Made by a program: the position numbers and the translations under genes
In this document: in pieces, positions 8,206-8,551 of the stretch
How the letters are laid out: each line of letters begins with the position of its first letter
Numbering within the stretch: position 1 is the first letter of the stretch
Notes under the pieces: generated by a model
What the model was told of the DNA's origin: nothing
The model's database searches: none
What the model saw: only the letters and a program-made list of their open reading frames with translations
Origin: Naegleria gruberi
Lineage: Eukaryota
Direction: 5' to 3' (one strand)
DNA length: 8,551 nucleotides
Assembly (NCBI GenBank): GCA_000004985.1
Contig: GG739060.1

Positions 8206-8551
8206 TAGTTGAAAACACTGAGATGGAATGTAAACTATGGTCTATTTGTTATGTAATGGTGACTAGACAGTGTCAATTTCATCAAATTATTTCAAACTGA
8301 TTACATTCAATAAAAAAAACCATTCTATTCATCAAATATGTCATACAGAATGGCTTAACTGGTCTAAGCGCAAAAGAACACCTAAGAATGTTGCCCTAGA
8401 AGTCTACAAAGCACTAGCTCAGTGTGGGATACAAGCTTCACTATTAACAGGAAATACCTCTCTGCCTACCACTGGCAGGCTCAGTCTAATCAACCACTTA
8501 GCGTCACAAAGCACTTAAACGTGTCTCTCTGGTCTTTACGATACAAGAGAC

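Noticed and set aside
8352-8480. Possible intact tRNA gene, based on the D-arm/A-box motifs on both strands.
   Set aside because: I could not fold a complete cloverleaf on either strand. There is no anticodon arm and no GTTCGA T-loop at the right spacing. I report it only as tRNA-like/SINE-like.
8270-8518. 82-aa plus-strand ORF in the GC-richer tail.
   Set aside because: There is no ATG context or domain-like sequence. The region is better explained by the tRNA-like/structured element hypothesis.
1-8551. Prokaryotic-style systems (operons, CRISPR arrays, toxin-antitoxin or defence islands, integrons).
   Set aside because: The evidence points the other way: poly-Q/N proteins, AATAAA signals, an intron-split gene and >85% AT intergenic DNA indicate a eukaryotic locus. 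There are no direct-repeat/spacer arrays and no dense co-oriented short ORFs in the readable sequence.

Overview
This window looks eukaryotic, not prokaryotic. Intergenic DNA is extremely AT-rich. Coding uses CAA/AAT runs giving poly-Gln and poly-Asn, and coding-sense AATAAA polyadenylation signals follow gene ends. This is typical of a dictyostelid-like (social amoeba) genome; the taxon is inferred from composition only. Positions 1786..6357 (4572 bp, 53% of the window) are an unbroken run of N, i.e. a scaffold gap. The three >1500-aa ORFs in the supplied track are artefacts of translating that N-run. The real sequence contains four supportable gene pieces. (1) A complete minus-strand gene (74..832) for a Ser/Thr/Asn/Gln-rich single-pass membrane protein with a juxtamembrane Cys-Cys. 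(2) The 3' end of a minus-strand gene (1537..1785) whose body is lost in the gap. (3, 4) Two plus-strand exons of one chymotrypsin-fold (Trypsin_2/HtrA-like) serine peptidase, carrying His, then Asp, then the GSSGG Ser motif in canonical order. These exons are separated by an unresolved intron and followed by a C-terminal Cx2C...Cx2C zinc-ribbon. Non-coding points of interest are a strongly GT/CA-skewed, C-depleted 280-bp block upstream of gene 1, a GAT-repeat/GC island in that promoter, and a GC-richer tail (about 8340..8551) with tRNA-like box motifs and hairpins. I see no operon-like, CRISPR, toxin-antitoxin or defence-island architecture. Nothing in the readable 3.9 kb looks like a novel multi-gene system. 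The most unusual item is the protease/zinc-ribbon fusion gene.
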